Positions 22,472-32,000 of a DNA stretch of 32,000 nucleotides are shown piece after piece (within the stretch, counting starts at the first letter, position 1; each line of letters opens with the position of its first letter). The translations under genes and the position numbers were made by a program. The stretch comes from an uncultured Bacilli bacterium (GTDB taxonomy: Bacteria > Bacillota_I > Bacilli_A > RF39 > UBA660), in the NCBI GenBank assembly GCA_934101595.1, contig CAKORR010000004.1, positions 99,050 to 131,049 on the forward strand. Reading direction: 5' to 3'. The notes beneath the pieces are model-generated. The model saw nothing but the letters and a program-made list of their open reading frames with translations. It ran no database searches and was not told the origin of the DNA.

Positions 22472-23002
22472 ATGAACGATACAGAAAGTAAAATGAAGAA
22501 AACTATTGAAAATATGGATGCTAGATTGCTTAACATAAGGGCAGGTAGAGCCAATCCAGCAATGTTAAATGGTATTAACGCTAATTACTATGGAGCATCA
22601 ACACCTATTCAAAGTTTAGCAAATATTACGGTTCCAGAAGCTCGCCAACTAATGGTTAAGCCTTTTGATCGTGGAGCCTTAAAGGATATTGAAAAAGCCA
22701 TAAGTGAGGCTAATATTGGGCTTACTCCAATTAATAACGGTGAAATGATTATTTTAAATATTCCTGAACTTACTGAGGATAGACGTAGAGATTATGTAAA
22801 ACAAGCCAAGGCTTTAGCCGAAGAAACTAAAGTGGCTTTAAGGAATATTAGACAAGATGCTAATAATGCTATAAAGAAGGAAGAATATCCAGAGGATGAA
22901 GAAAAATTATATCTTTTGGATGTTCAAGATCTTATTAATAAATATAATAAAATAGTAGATGAGAAGCTTAAAGAAAAAGAAGATGAATTAATGTCAATTT
23001 AG
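22472..23002 (+). CDS. frr: Ribosome recycling factor
   Basis: IRAGRANPAMLNGI, VKPFD, LTEDRRRDYVKQAK, ALRNIRQDAN. 176 aa. Confidence 0.95.
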   Translation: MNDTESKMKKTIENMDARLLNIRAGRANPAMLNGINANYYGASTPIQSLANITVPEARQLMVKPFDRGALKDIEKAISEANIGLTPINNGEMIILNIPELTEDRRRDYVKQAKALAEETKVALRNIRQDANNAIKKEEYPEDEEKLYLLDVQDLINKYNKIVDEKLKEKEDELMSI

Positions 23003-23015
23003 ACATTAATTTTTT

Positions 23016-23044
23016 TTGCTTAATTATGCTTTTTTAGATATAAT
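23016..23044 (+). promoter_or_regulatory. Candidate deoD promoter
   Basis: TTGCTT (23016-23021), 17-nt spacer, TATAAT (23039-23044). GAGGTG RBS before ATG 23067. Confidence 0.45.
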
Positions 23045-23066
23045 GTTTATAAGATAGAGGTGTTTT

Positions 23067-23783
23067 ATGAAAGCAATTCATATAAGTTGTGAAAAAGAAG
23101 AAATTTCGCCATTAGTTTTAATGCCGGGAGATCCTTTACGAGCAAAATATATAGCTCAAAAATTTCTTGTGAATCCAAAATTAATAAATAAGGTTAGAAA
23201 TATGTATGGTTATACAGGATATTATAAAGATAAGCTAATTACGGTCATGTCCTCAGGCATGGGAATGCCATCAATGATGATATATGCAAGTGAGTTATTT
23301 AAATTTTATGATGTAAAAAAAATAATAAGAATTGGTACTTGTGGAGCTGGTAATAAAGATGAGCATCTGTTAGATGTTGTAGTTGGTAATAAGTTTTATA
23401 CTAGTTCTAACTTCTCTCTATCTTTAACGGGAGAACTTATATCTACGCTTGCTCCAAGTGAAAACTTATTAAATAATATATTATCTTCTGCTTCAGAGAA
23501 CAATAAAAAAGTAGTTTTAGGAACAATAGTTACGATGGATGTATTTGGACCATATGCTACAGAAAAAGCCAAGAAAATATTAATACCTGATGGACTAAAC
23601 GTAGTGGGAGAAGAAATGGAAGGCTTTGGATTAATGGCAGTGGCAAAGCTTTATAATAAAGAAGCTTGTTGTATTGCTACTATTTCTGATAGTGAGTATA
23701 TATCCGAGGTTGTTTCTAATGAGGATAGAGAAACATCTCTAGATGATATGATAAAAATAGCGTTAGATGCAATTATTAAATAA
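23067..23783 (+). CDS. deoD: Purine nucleoside phosphorylase, DeoD type
   Basis: VLMPGDPLRAKYIAQKFL, SSGMGMPS, IIRIGTCGA, VGEEMEG. 238 aa. Confidence 0.9.
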   Translation: MKAIHISCEKEEISPLVLMPGDPLRAKYIAQKFLVNPKLINKVRNMYGYTGYYKDKLITVMSSGMGMPSMMIYASELFKFYDVKKIIRIGTCGAGNKDEHLLDVVVGNKFYTSSNFSLSLTGELISTLAPSENLLNNILSSASENNKKVVLGTIVTMDVFGPYATEKAKKILIPDGLNVVGEEMEGFGLMAVAKLYNKEACCIATISDSEYISEVVSNEDRETSLDDMIKIALDAIIK

Positions 23784-23834
23784 AATTATTAATAAATAAA
23801 AATTAATATGATATAATTAATTGAAGGTGATTAG

Positions 23835-24353
23835 ATGGACTTGTTTATTCCGGATATTTATGCGAAAAGCATATATGCAATTGATTATAAAAAGCTAAAA
23901 CAAAGGGGTATAAAATGTTTACTATTTGATTTAGATAACACCCTTGTTCCATATAATAAGAGTTTACCATCTAAAGAAGTAAAAGATTTATTTTTAAGGT
24001 TAGAAGAAGATTTTAAAGTAATAATTATGTCTAATAGTAATAAAAAAAGATTGACTCCTTTTAAAGAAGGGCTTAATGTTGATACCGCATACAGTTCAAT
24101 GAAGCCATTAAAGAAAAAATATAAAAAAATAATGACACTTTATGAATTTAAGGACACGGAGATTGCTGCTATTGGTGATCAATTGTTAACGGATATATTT
24201 GGAGCAAATCGAAATAATATCACTTCGATATTAATTAATCCTATTAATGATATTGAACCAATAACAACAAGATTTAATCGCTTTTTCGAAAGGATTATTT
24301 ATAAAAAGCTATTAAAAAAGGGTATTTTGGAAAAAGGAAAATATTATGAGTAA
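23835..24353 (+). CDS. yqeG: YqeG-family HAD-IIIA phosphatase
   Basis: HAD motif I LLFDLDNTLVPY, IGDQLLTDI. Sits immediately upstream of and overlapping yqeH, as in Bacillus. Confidence 0.8.
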   Translation: MDLFIPDIYAKSIYAIDYKKLKQRGIKCLLFDLDNTLVPYNKSLPSKEVKDLFLRLEEDFKVIIMSNSNKKRLTPFKEGLNVDTAYSSMKPLKKKYKKIMTLYEFKDTEIAAIGDQLLTDIFGANRNNITSILINPINDIEPITTRFNRFFERIIYKKLLKKGILEKGKYYE

Positions 24354-25308
24354 AAAGTGTTTAGGATGTGGTTCAGAACTACAAAATACTGATATAAATG
24401 CAATTGGATATGTTAAAAATCTTTCATTTGATAGATGCGAAAGGTGTTTTCGCCAAGATAACTATAATGAGACGGTGGAAGTAACTTTAAAGTACAGTAA
24501 TGATGATATTTTAAATAAAATTAATAACTTTAAGGGATTAGTTTTTTTTCTTGTTGATTTTATTACTTTAACTGATGAAGTGTTTTCAACCTATCATAAA
24601 ATTAATGACCCAAAAATTTTAATAGTAAATAAAAGTGATATAATATTTAGATATATAAAAAAAGAATCAATAAGAAAATTTATTAAAGAAAAATATAATG
24701 TTTTAGAAGATATAATTTTTGTAAGTTCTCTAAATAATAAAAATATTGAGCATATTAAAAATATAGTTTTAGAAAATAAAAAAGTATGTTTCGCAGGGTA
24801 TAGTAACGTTGGTAAAAGTACCTTTTTAAAAAAGTTAGCTAAACTTTTTTCTAAAGGCCTTCTATTAACAACCAGCAATACAATTAATACTACGACTGAC
24901 TTTATAGAATTTGAAATTGGAAAGACACTTTGTATGGATACTCCTGGTTTTAATTTTAATAATAAGTCTTTAACAAATAAATTATTAAAAAAAGCTAACC
25001 CTAAAAAAGTGATAAAACCAATTATAATTCAAGCCAAAGATAACGATATTATTTCAATAGGTGATGAAATATTTATTAATGTTTTAAAAAAATGCAATCT
25101 TGTTTTTTATATGTCAAATAGTCTTGTTATAAAAAAAATTTACAATAAAAATATTCATTTTATAACGGAAGTAAATATTACTGATGAATGTGATTTAATT
25201 TTAAAAGGAGTCGGCTTTATAAATATTAAAAGTAAAACAAAAGTTAAATTGAATATAAGTAATGATGATATTTTAGTGCGTGATTCGATGTTTGGATGGG
25301 GTAAATAA
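24346..25308 (+). CDS. yqeH: Circularly permuted ribosome-biogenesis GTPase YqeH
   Basis: N-terminal zinc ribbon CLGCGS..CERC. Motif order is G4 (NKSD) before G1 (GYSNVGKST) before G3 (DTPG). Confidence 0.8.
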   Translation: MSKKCLGCGSELQNTDINAIGYVKNLSFDRCERCFRQDNYNETVEVTLKYSNDDILNKINNFKGLVFFLVDFITLTDEVFSTYHKINDPKILIVNKSDIIFRYIKKESIRKFIKEKYNVLEDIIFVSSLNNKNIEHIKNIVLENKKVCFAGYSNVGKSTFLKKLAKLFSKGLLLTTSNTINTTTDFIEFEIGKTLCMDTPGFNFNNKSLTNKLLKKANPKKVIKPIIIQAKDNDIISIGDEIFINVLKKCNLVFYMSNSLVIKKIYNKNIHFITEVNITDECDLILKGVGFINIKSKTKVKLNISNDDILVRDSMFGWGK

Positions 25309-27047
25309 TGAGTACAATTAGGGTTATGAATGAAAATCTTGCCAATAAAATTGCGGCAGGTGAAGTTATTGAAAAGTGTTCTTCGATTGTTAAAGAATTA
25401 GTTGAAAATAGTATTGATGCCAAGGCTAATAATATAAAAATTGTTCTTTTGAATGGTGGAATTAATAAAGTTCAAGTTATTGATGACGGAATAGGTATGG
25501 ATGAAGAAGATGCTAAATTGGCTTTTTTACGTCATGCTACAAGTAAAATATATAAGGATGATGACTTGTTTTTTATTAATACATTAGGCTTTAGAGGTGA
25601 AGCACTTCCATCTATTGCAAGTGTTTCGGAAGTTGTTCTTAAAACATGTAAAAACGACATAGGAACTCTTGTTCATATTAAAGGCGGAGAAATAAAAGAG
25701 GTCTTAAAAAGTGATGCTAGAGTAGGCACAAGTATTACAGTTACCAATCTTTTTTATAATACTCCGGCAAGATTAAAATACTTAAAAAGCGAAAATACAG
25801 AATTAAATAATTGTGTCATGCTAATCGAAAGACTTGCCTTAAGTAATGTAAAAATAGCATTTACTCTAATAAATAACGACACAGAAATTTTAAAAACATC
25901 TGGTAGTGGAGATTTACTTAAAACTATTCATGAACTATATGGCTTAAATATTTCTAAAAATATGCTTTTTATTAAGGATAGCAATGATGACTTTGATATA
26001 TTTGGCTATGTTGGTAAACCAGAAGTTTTGAAGTCAAATCGTAACCATATGATTACATTCGTAAATGGAAGAGTGGTAAGAAATAGTGAAATTAATAAAG
26101 CTATTAATGATGCATATTATACATATAAACCCGATACTAAATTTCCGGTTGCGGTCATTAATATATATACTGATCCAACTCTTGTTGATGTAAATATTCA
26201 TCCCACAAAGCAAGATGTAAAAATGAGTAAAATGTCCGAGCTTACCGATTTAATTCTTAATAATATTAAAAAAGCTCTTTATAGCACTCTTTTAATTCCT
26301 GATGTTAGTCCTATGGAAGTTAGAGGATATGATGATATCGATATTGAAAATATAGAGTTAAAAGAAGAAAACCAAAATTATCAAACATCACTTGATTTTT
26401 CTTATCAGGATACTAGTGTTACAAATGATACGAAAGAACTAATTGTTAATGAAAGTATGAAAAAATTAGTTTTATATCCAATCGGAGTTGCACATGGTAC
26501 TTATATAATTGCTGAAAATGAAGATGGCCTTTATTTGATAGATCAACATGCTGCTCAAGAAAGAGTTAATTATGAACGTTATTTAAAATTCTTAAAGGAA
26601 GAAAATGTATATCAAACGGCGATGCTTTTTCCGATTAAACTTGAATATTCATCTAGTGAAGCTTTAAAAATAAAGGAACATTTTTCATTTATAAAATCTC
26701 TTGGATTTGATATTGTGGAATTTGGGTATAATACATTTCTTATAAAGGCTCATCCTTCTTGGTTAAATAAAGACTATGAAGAAGAAAGTATAAGAAAAAT
26801 CATGGATATAATAATTGAAACTGGAACTAATTTTGATCGTATTAAATTTAATGATCATTTAGCTAAAACTCTTGCTTGTAAAATGAGTATTAAAGCAAAT
26901 ATGCATATAAGCAATGAGGCCATAACAGAATTATTGAATGAACTTGTTTTGTGTGATAACCCTTACAATTGTCCTCATGGTAGGCCGACTATAATTAAAT
27001 TTACAGTTTATGAACTTGAAAAAATGTTTAAACGAGTTATGAATTAA
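25308..27047 (+). CDS. mutL: DNA mismatch repair protein MutL
   Basis: LANKIAAGEVIE, ELVENSIDA, DDGIGM, GFRGEAL, C-terminal DQHAAQERV and CPHGRPT. TAATG overlap with yqeH. Confidence 0.93.
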   Translation: MSTIRVMNENLANKIAAGEVIEKCSSIVKELVENSIDAKANNIKIVLLNGGINKVQVIDDGIGMDEEDAKLAFLRHATSKIYKDDDLFFINTLGFRGEALPSIASVSEVVLKTCKNDIGTLVHIKGGEIKEVLKSDARVGTSITVTNLFYNTPARLKYLKSENTELNNCVMLIERLALSNVKIAFTLINNDTEILKTSGSGDLLKTIHELYGLNISKNMLFIKDSNDDFDIFGYVGKPEVLKSNRNHMITFVNGRVVRNSEINKAINDAYYTYKPDTKFPVAVINIYTDPTLVDVNIHPTKQDVKMSKMSELTDLILNNIKKALYSTLLIPDVSPMEVRGYDDIDIENIELKEENQNYQTSLDFSYQDTSVTNDTKELIVNESMKKLVLYPIGVAHGTYIIAENEDGLYLIDQHAAQERVNYERYLKFLKEENVYQTAMLFPIKLEYSSSEALKIKEHFSFIKSLGFDIVEFGYNTFLIKAHPSWLNKDYEEESIRKIMDIIIETGTNFDRIKFNDHLAKTLACKMSIKANMHISNEAITELLNELVLCDNPYNCPHGRPTIIKFTVYELEKMFKRVMN

Positions 27048-27107
27048 AATTTTTAGAATCTAGTAAACTTAATAATACTATGATATAATTATTTAGGAGA
27101 TGGTTTT

Positions 27108-27533
27108 ATGGAGTATTGGATTTTTTGGCTACTTATTATTTTCTTTTTAACTTTTATTGAAGTTATAACAGTAAGTTTAGTTTCAATTTGGTTTATTGCT
27201 AGTGCCATAGTGGCTCTAGTAGTATCGTGTTTTGTGGCCGACTTTAAGATTCAATTTATGGTTTTTGGTATTTTAGGAATAATTCTTTTAGTTACTACCC
27301 GAAAATTTTTAAAAGGAATATTCGACAAAAATGATGTAAAAACAAACCTTGATAGGGTTGTTGGTATGCATGGCGTTTGTACAATGGAAATTAAGAAAAA
27401 TACTGTTGGTGAAGTAAAAGTAGATGGTAAAAAATGGAGTGCTATTTCTAAAAAAGCAATAAAAGTTAATGAAGAAGTAAGAGTAGATAAAATAGATGGA
27501 GTAAAATTAGTAGTCGAAAAGATTACTGAATAG
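27108..27533 (+). CDS. NfeD-family membrane protein
   Basis: Three N-terminal TM segments followed by a soluble beta-domain (GEVKVDGKKWSA). Lies upstream of an SPFH gene, the classical NfeD-stomatin operon. Confidence 0.75.
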   Translation: MEYWIFWLLIIFFLTFIEVITVSLVSIWFIASAIVALVVSCFVADFKIQFMVFGILGIILLVTTRKFLKGIFDKNDVKTNLDRVVGMHGVCTMEIKKNTVGEVKVDGKKWSAISKKAIKVNEEVRVDKIDGVKLVVEKITE

Positions 27534-27548
27534 AAAGAAGGATTGTTT

Positions 27549-28433
27549 ATGACATTATTAATTGCTATTTTAATTTTAATCGCAATAATTATTATTCCTA
27601 ATATAATTATTGTTCCACAAGCGAAAGCTTATGTTATTGAAAGATTAGGATCTTATTATGAAACTTGGGGAAATGGATTACACTTTAAAATACCTTTTAT
27701 AGATCGTATCTCTAATAAAGTATCGTTAAAAGAAATTGTAAAAGATTTTGATCCACAACCAGTTATTACTGAGGATAATGTTACCATGCAAATTGATACA
27801 GTAGTATATTTTCAAATAACTGATGCTAAGCTTTATACATATGGAGTTGAGTATCCTCTAAACGCTATTGAAAATTTAACAGCAACTACTTTGAGAAATA
27901 TTATTGGTGAGTTGGAACTTGATGAGACTTTAACTAGTCGTGATATTATTAATACAAAAATGCGTGCAATATTGGATGAGGCTACTGATCCATGGGGAAT
28001 AAAGGTAAATAGAGTAGAAGTAAAAAATATTTTACCGCCAAGAGATATCCAAGAAGCAATGGAAAAGCAAATGCGTGCCGAAAGAGAAAGAAGAGAAAAA
28101 ATTCTTCAAGCTGAAGGTGAAAAAAAATCTAGCATTTTGATTGCTGAAGGTGAAAAAGAAAGTGCCATATTAAGAGCAGAAGCTCAAAAAGAAAGTCAAA
28201 TAAAAGTAGCAGAAGGTGAAGCTGCAGCTGTTTTACAACTTAAAAAAGCTGAGGCAGAAGGTATAAAACTTTTAAATGAAGCTAAAGCGGATAAATCTGT
28301 ATTAACTTTGAAAAGTTACGAAGCATTAGCAAAAGTTGCCAATGGACAAGCTACTAAAATAATATTACCTGCTGAATTAAGTGGAATAGCATCATTCGCT
28401 ACTATGTTTGAAGAAACTAAAAAAAATAAGTAA
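27549..28433 (+). CDS. SPFH/band-7 (stomatin-like) protein
   Basis: N-terminal TM segment, VPQAKAYVIERLG, TEDNVTMQIDTVVYFQI, then a coiled-coil A/E/K-rich C-terminus. ATG 27549 (AAGGA RBS) is preferred over TTG 27543. Confidence 0.85.
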   Translation: MTLLIAILILIAIIIIPNIIIVPQAKAYVIERLGSYYETWGNGLHFKIPFIDRISNKVSLKEIVKDFDPQPVITEDNVTMQIDTVVYFQITDAKLYTYGVEYPLNAIENLTATTLRNIIGELELDETLTSRDIINTKMRAILDEATDPWGIKVNRVEVKNILPPRDIQEAMEKQMRAERERREKILQAEGEKKSSILIAEGEKESAILRAEAQKESQIKVAEGEAAAVLQLKKAEAEGIKLLNEAKADKSVLTLKSYEALAKVANGQATKIILPAELSGIASFATMFEETKKNK

Positions 28434-28440
28434 TATTTAA

Positions 28441-28465
28441 AAAAGCATCGTTATGATGCTTTTTG
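28441..28465 (+). terminator. Rho-independent terminator after the SPFH gene
   Basis: aaaagcatc (28441-28449)-gttat-gatgctttt (28455-28463), followed by further T. Confidence 0.65.
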
Positions 28466-28601
28466 CTTTTATAATTGATTTATTAGTAAAATAATAGTAT
28501 TATAATAGTTACTTAAATATATTTACGTATATTTCTTTAGATTTAAGATGTTTTACCAGCTTTTCTATTAGAAATCAATTTTTTAAAAAGGAGAGATTGA
28601 A

Positions 28602-30164
28602 ATGAATAGAGACGAAAAGTTAAATAAAGCGTATGCTGGGATAATAAGGGGAGAAAAATTAACAACTGATTGGTTAGAAAGTTGTGGCTTTACTGATGAG
28701 GAAATACTTGACTTAGTTACGGAAGGAATATTAATAAAAGGGGAAGATAATTGCTACGGTTTATTAAAAGATAACTTACTTTCTTACGGCAAGAAATTAT
28801 TAGAAGAAGCTAATAACTGCTTTAAAAAGTGCTGTGAATTTGGCCATTCAAACATGTTAGTGGAAAATGACATTATATATGCCCAAGTCGTAAATTATTT
28901 ATTAACGAATGATATAAATATGGCTTTTAAAGCGTTAAAAAATTATCTTTCAAAAATCCAAAAAACAGAATATGAGTTTTTGATTGTTGATTTAATAAAG
29001 ATTAGTGTACTTGAAAAAGATTTATCGTTTATTAGACCAATCGTAGCTCTTATAAATCTAAATAACAATGGCTTTTCTCTTGACATTTCGTCATATATAA
29101 AATCATTTTATGTAGCATTAGCTAATTATGAGATTGAGATAGCTTCAATGTATTTGGATATACTTTCTATGTATTGTGCTCTTAAAAATGTATCTTTTAA
29201 AATAGATGAGTTAAGAAAAGCTTTAAATAGTGCTGAAATGACTTATTTTGCTTATGCAATGAATGGATATTCTTTAGAAGTTAAAGAAGAATTAGATAAA
29301 ACTAATGATGGGAACGAAAAAGACTCTGAAAGCGATTTAATAAAAAAGATGCATGATTACTTGGTAAAGGAACACGGAATTATTATATTAAAACCAATGG
29401 GTAGAGACGATAGAAAGAAAATTCATGAGATTGTCGAGACCTACAACGATTTAGCTTCTTTTAGTATAGGAAAGAATAAAAGAAAGCAAGTTGTATTAAG
29501 ATATCGAGAAAGCCCTATTGATTTAATAGATGTAAATGAAATGATAAAAAAGGGCACTTTGGCTTACAAAAATGGTGACTATGATACTTGTATTAAAAAT
29601 TTTTTAGAAATATTAAAATATAGAGATTCAAATTCATATGTTTACGCTGAACTTGGTTTGGCATACATGAAAAAAGGATTAATAGAAAAGGCAATAACTT
29701 ATTTAACTGTTGCAACGGATTTAAGCAGAAAAAGAAAAGATGGGAAGTTTGACTATACTTTATTGGTTCAAAAATTAAAGAATTTAAAAGATGATGAAAA
29801 AATTGATAAAGATAATATTGATTTTCCAAAAAACACTACAAATGGTATAGCAAGTGAGGGTTATTTTAATATTAATGAAGTAACTGAAGCTGTTTTAAAA
29901 TCCGGCCTGGATGTTTACTCGTCTTTAAAAAACTTAAATCTCGAAGAAGAACAAATCGAAGTTGCCCGATTAATGTATGCTAGAGAGTTTTACAGACAGG
30001 GAAACTTTGAAAAAGGTGATCAATTTGTTAAAGCTGTTGAAAAGTGTCAAAATAAGACTAAATTTCTTCGAAGATTGCTAGAAGAAACTAAAATAAATAA
30101 AAAATTATATAAAAATCGTCCTAAAGAGTTAGAAAGTAATTTATCTTTAACTTTAAAGCCGTAA
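28602..30164 (+). CDS. Protein with a central R3H-like motif and C-terminal TPR-like repeats; function unknown
   Basis: GIIILKPMGRDDRKKIHEIVETYNDLASFSIGKNKRKQVVLRY contains an R-x3-H spacing plus a beta-strand pattern. GDYDTCIKNFLEILKYRDSNSYVYAELGLAYMKKGLIEKAITYL is TPR-like. Confidence 0.55.
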   Translation: MNRDEKLNKAYAGIIRGEKLTTDWLESCGFTDEEILDLVTEGILIKGEDNCYGLLKDNLLSYGKKLLEEANNCFKKCCEFGHSNMLVENDIIYAQVVNYLLTNDINMAFKALKNYLSKIQKTEYEFLIVDLIKISVLEKDLSFIRPIVALINLNNNGFSLDISSYIKSFYVALANYEIEIASMYLDILSMYCALKNVSFKIDELRKALNSAEMTYFAYAMNGYSLEVKEELDKTNDGNEKDSESDLIKKMHDYLVKEHGIIILKPMGRDDRKKIHEIVETYNDLASFSIGKNKRKQVVLRYRESPIDLIDVNEMIKKGTLAYKNGDYDTCIKNFLEILKYRDSNSYVYAELGLAYMKKGLIEKAITYLTVATDLSRKRKDGKFDYTLLVQKLKNLKDDEKIDKDNIDFPKNTTNGIASEGYFNINEVTEAVLKSGLDVYSSLKNLNLEEEQIEVARLMYAREFYRQGNFEKGDQFVKAVEKCQNKTKFLRRLLEETKINKKLYKNRPKELESNLSLTLKP

Positions 30165-30256
30165 TAATTAAAGGAAAATTTAAGTCAAAATAGTAATATT
30201 ATTAGTGGTTGTAAATATTTATTTATAGTATAATTAACAAATATAGGAGGCAAAAG

Positions 30257-32000
30257 ATGTATGCAAAAGTTTTAATTGAACACGAAATAAAATCTTTAGA
30301 TAGAACCTTTACATACGTTATTCCCTCAGTGCTTAAAAAGGATTTAAAACCAGGGATGAGTGTTAAGGTACCATTTGGTAAAAATAAAGTAAAAGGATTA
30401 GTAATAGAAATTTGTTCATCTCTAGATGAAGAAAATGTCTCTTTAAAAAACATAGAGGAAATCATTAACAAAGAAATTTACTTTAGTGATGAACTTTTGA
30501 AATTAGGTGAATACATTAAAAAAGAAACATTTTGTCCTTTAATTAAAGCTTATAAGTCAATGCTTCCCTCAAGTCTTAAAATTGCATCAAAGGCTCATGA
30601 ACTTAATAAATATGAAAATATTGCCTTTTTAAATGAAAACTTTTCTAATATATCTTATACAAAGAAGCAAAAAGAAATTATAGATATTTTAGTTAAAGAA
30701 AAGGAAAAAAATATTAATGAATTTTCTAAATCAATTGTAGATAATTTGGTGAAAAAGAAAGCTATCACAATTAAAAAAAGGCAGGTTTATCGTCTTAATG
30801 GCATAAAAAAAATAGATAGAGACGAATTATCATTAACAAGTGATCAAAAAAAAGTATTAAATGATATAATAAAAGATTTAACGGAATATAAAACGCATTT
30901 AATTTATGGCGTTACCGCTTCTGGCAAAACTGAAGTTTATTTTAGATTAATTGAAGATGTTTTGTCCAAAAATAAAAGTGCATTAGTATGTGTTCCTGAA
31001 ATTACTTTAACGCAGCAAATGATAAACAGGTTTTATGAGCGTTTTGGATCGATTGTAGCAATTTATCATAGCGGTTTATCTGATGGCGAAAAAAATGATG
31101 AATATTTAAAAATATATAGAGGAGAAGCCAAAATTGTAGTTGGTACAAGAAGTGCTGTTTTTGCTCCATTAAAAAATTTAGGAATTATCATTATAGATGA
31201 AGAACACAGTGATAACTTTAAGCAAGAGTCTTCCCCAAGGTATAATGCCATAGATGTTGCAAAGTTTAGAGCTAAATATCATAATATTCCTTTAATTTTA
31301 GGCTCTGCAACGCCTTCATTTGAAAGTATGGCACGTGCCGAGAGAAATATTTATACTTTACATGTTATGAAAAATAGAGTTGGCTTGGCAATTTTGCCTC
31401 GAGTGTCATTGGTGGATATGGCAAACGAAATAAAAAATGGCAATAGTCTTTTTAGTGCTGAATTAAAGACATTAATTAATAAAGCGATAAGCGAAAATAA
31501 ACAAACAATACTATTGCTAAATCGAAGAGGGTTTGCACCATTTGTATCTTGCAGTAATTGTGGATATACGTATAAATGTAAAAATTGTGATATTACTCTA
31601 ACTTATCACAAATCTACTAATAATTTAAGATGCCATTATTGTGGTTATACAGTTTTTAAAAGCGAATTGTGTCCTAGTTGTCATGAAAAGTCATTATCAT
31701 TTTTAGGAATCGGAACTGAAAAACTTGAAGAAGAAGCAAAACGAACATTTAAAAACGCAAGAATTTGTAGAATGGATGTTGATACTACTAGAAAAAAGGG
31801 TAGTCATGAAAAAATATTAAATGATTTTAAAAATCATAATTATGATATCTTGATAGGAACGCAAATGATTAGCAAAGGTTTGGATTTCCCATTAGTTACT
31901 GTGGTAGGAGTGCTAAATGCTGATGCTACTTTGAATATACCTGATTTTAGAAGTAGTGAGAGAACATTTGCTCTTCTAGATCAAGTATCCGGCAGAGCTG
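30257..32000 (+). CDS. priA: Primosomal protein N' (PriA helicase), 5' part; runs off the window
   Basis: Not in the ORF track because no stop is reached. AGGAGG RBS at 30245-30250. GVTASGKTEVY (Walker A), IIIDEEHS (DExH), GSATPS, Cys-rich region CSNCGY..CKNC..CHYCGY..CPSC, IGTQMISKGLDFP. Confidence 0.9.
   Translation, partial: MYAKVLIEHEIKSLDRTFTYVIPSVLKKDLKPGMSVKVPFGKNKVKGLVIEICSSLDEENVSLKNIEEIINKEIYFSDELLKLGEYIKKETFCPLIKAYKSMLPSSLKIASKAHELNKYENIAFLNENFSNISYTKKQKEIIDILVKEKEKNINEFSKSIVDNLVKKKAITIKKRQVYRLNGIKKIDRDELSLTSDQKKVLNDIIKDLTEYKTHLIYGVTASGKTEVYFRLIEDVLSKNKSALVCVPEITLTQQMINRFYERFGSIVAIYHSGLSDGEKNDEYLKIYRGEAKIVVGTRSAVFAPLKNLGIIIIDEEHSDNFKQESSPRYNAIDVAKFRAKYHNIPLILGSATPSFESMARAERNIYTLHVMKNRVGLAILPRVSLVDMANEIKNGNSLFSAELKTLINKAISENKQTILLLNRRGFAPFVSCSNCGYTYKCKNCDITLTYHKSTNNLRCHYCGYTVFKSELCPSCHEKSLSFLGIGTEKLEEEAKRTFKNARICRMDVDTTRKKGSHEKILNDFKNHNYDILIGTQMISKGLDFPLVTVVGVLNADATLNIPDFRSSERTFALLDQVSGRA

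Noticed and set aside
4571-31251. All minus-strand ORFs in the track: 4571-4780, 10497-10751, 13373-13555, 15225-15416, 15556-16098, 16858-17049, 17510-17821, 17987-18220, 24594-24878, 29593-29829, 30223-30471, 31066-31251.
   Set aside because: Each lies entirely antisense to a well-supported plus-strand gene (murB, the ATPases, the VWA gene, rpsB, tsf, yqeH, the R3H/TPR gene, priA). They have low-complexity or hydrophobic shadow-frame composition and no RBS or promoter context.
1-32000. Mollicute-type genetic code (TGA = Trp), suspected from the very low GC content.
   Set aside because: Trp is encoded by TGG throughout (for example WFWTK, WLKW). TGA ends several well-delimited genes (murG/murB junction, both ATPases, the small AAA-like gene), with downstream starts placed accordingly.

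Overview
Low-GC Bacillota-type chromosomal segment using the standard code: TGG encodes Trp and TGA terminates ORFs. All credible genes lie on the + strand. No rRNA, tRNA, CRISPR array, transposase or integrase was seen. All domain calls are by-eye motif recognition; no searches were run.

Gene order:
- A cell-wall/division operon: a PP-loop gene overlapping murD, then murG, murB, divIB, queH.
- Three genes for signal-peptide, C-terminally anchored surface proteins. The first sits behind a promoter whose -35/-10 spacer contains a G9 tract.
- An accessory cassette at about 10.35-16.4 kb (described below).
- rpsB-tsf, then two tandem sigma-70-family genes and two membrane-protein genes in the position where pyrH normally sits, then frr.
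- deoD, yqeG-yqeH-mutL, nfeD-SPFH, an R3H/TPR protein, and the 5' part of priA.

The accessory cassette is the best candidate for an undescribed system. It holds two tandem 629-aa paralogs, each a variable N-terminal domain fused to a MoxR-like AAA+ ATPase and each with its own identical promoter. These are followed by a 130-aa AAA-core paralog with its catalytic motifs ablated, and by an HExxH metallopeptidase-VWA(MIDAS) protein with a Q-rich linker. The paralogs arose by a roughly 2.1-kb tandem duplication. Its junction and a truncated remnant of the downstream gene are still visible, and the two copies are now a mosaic of identical and strongly diverged blocks.
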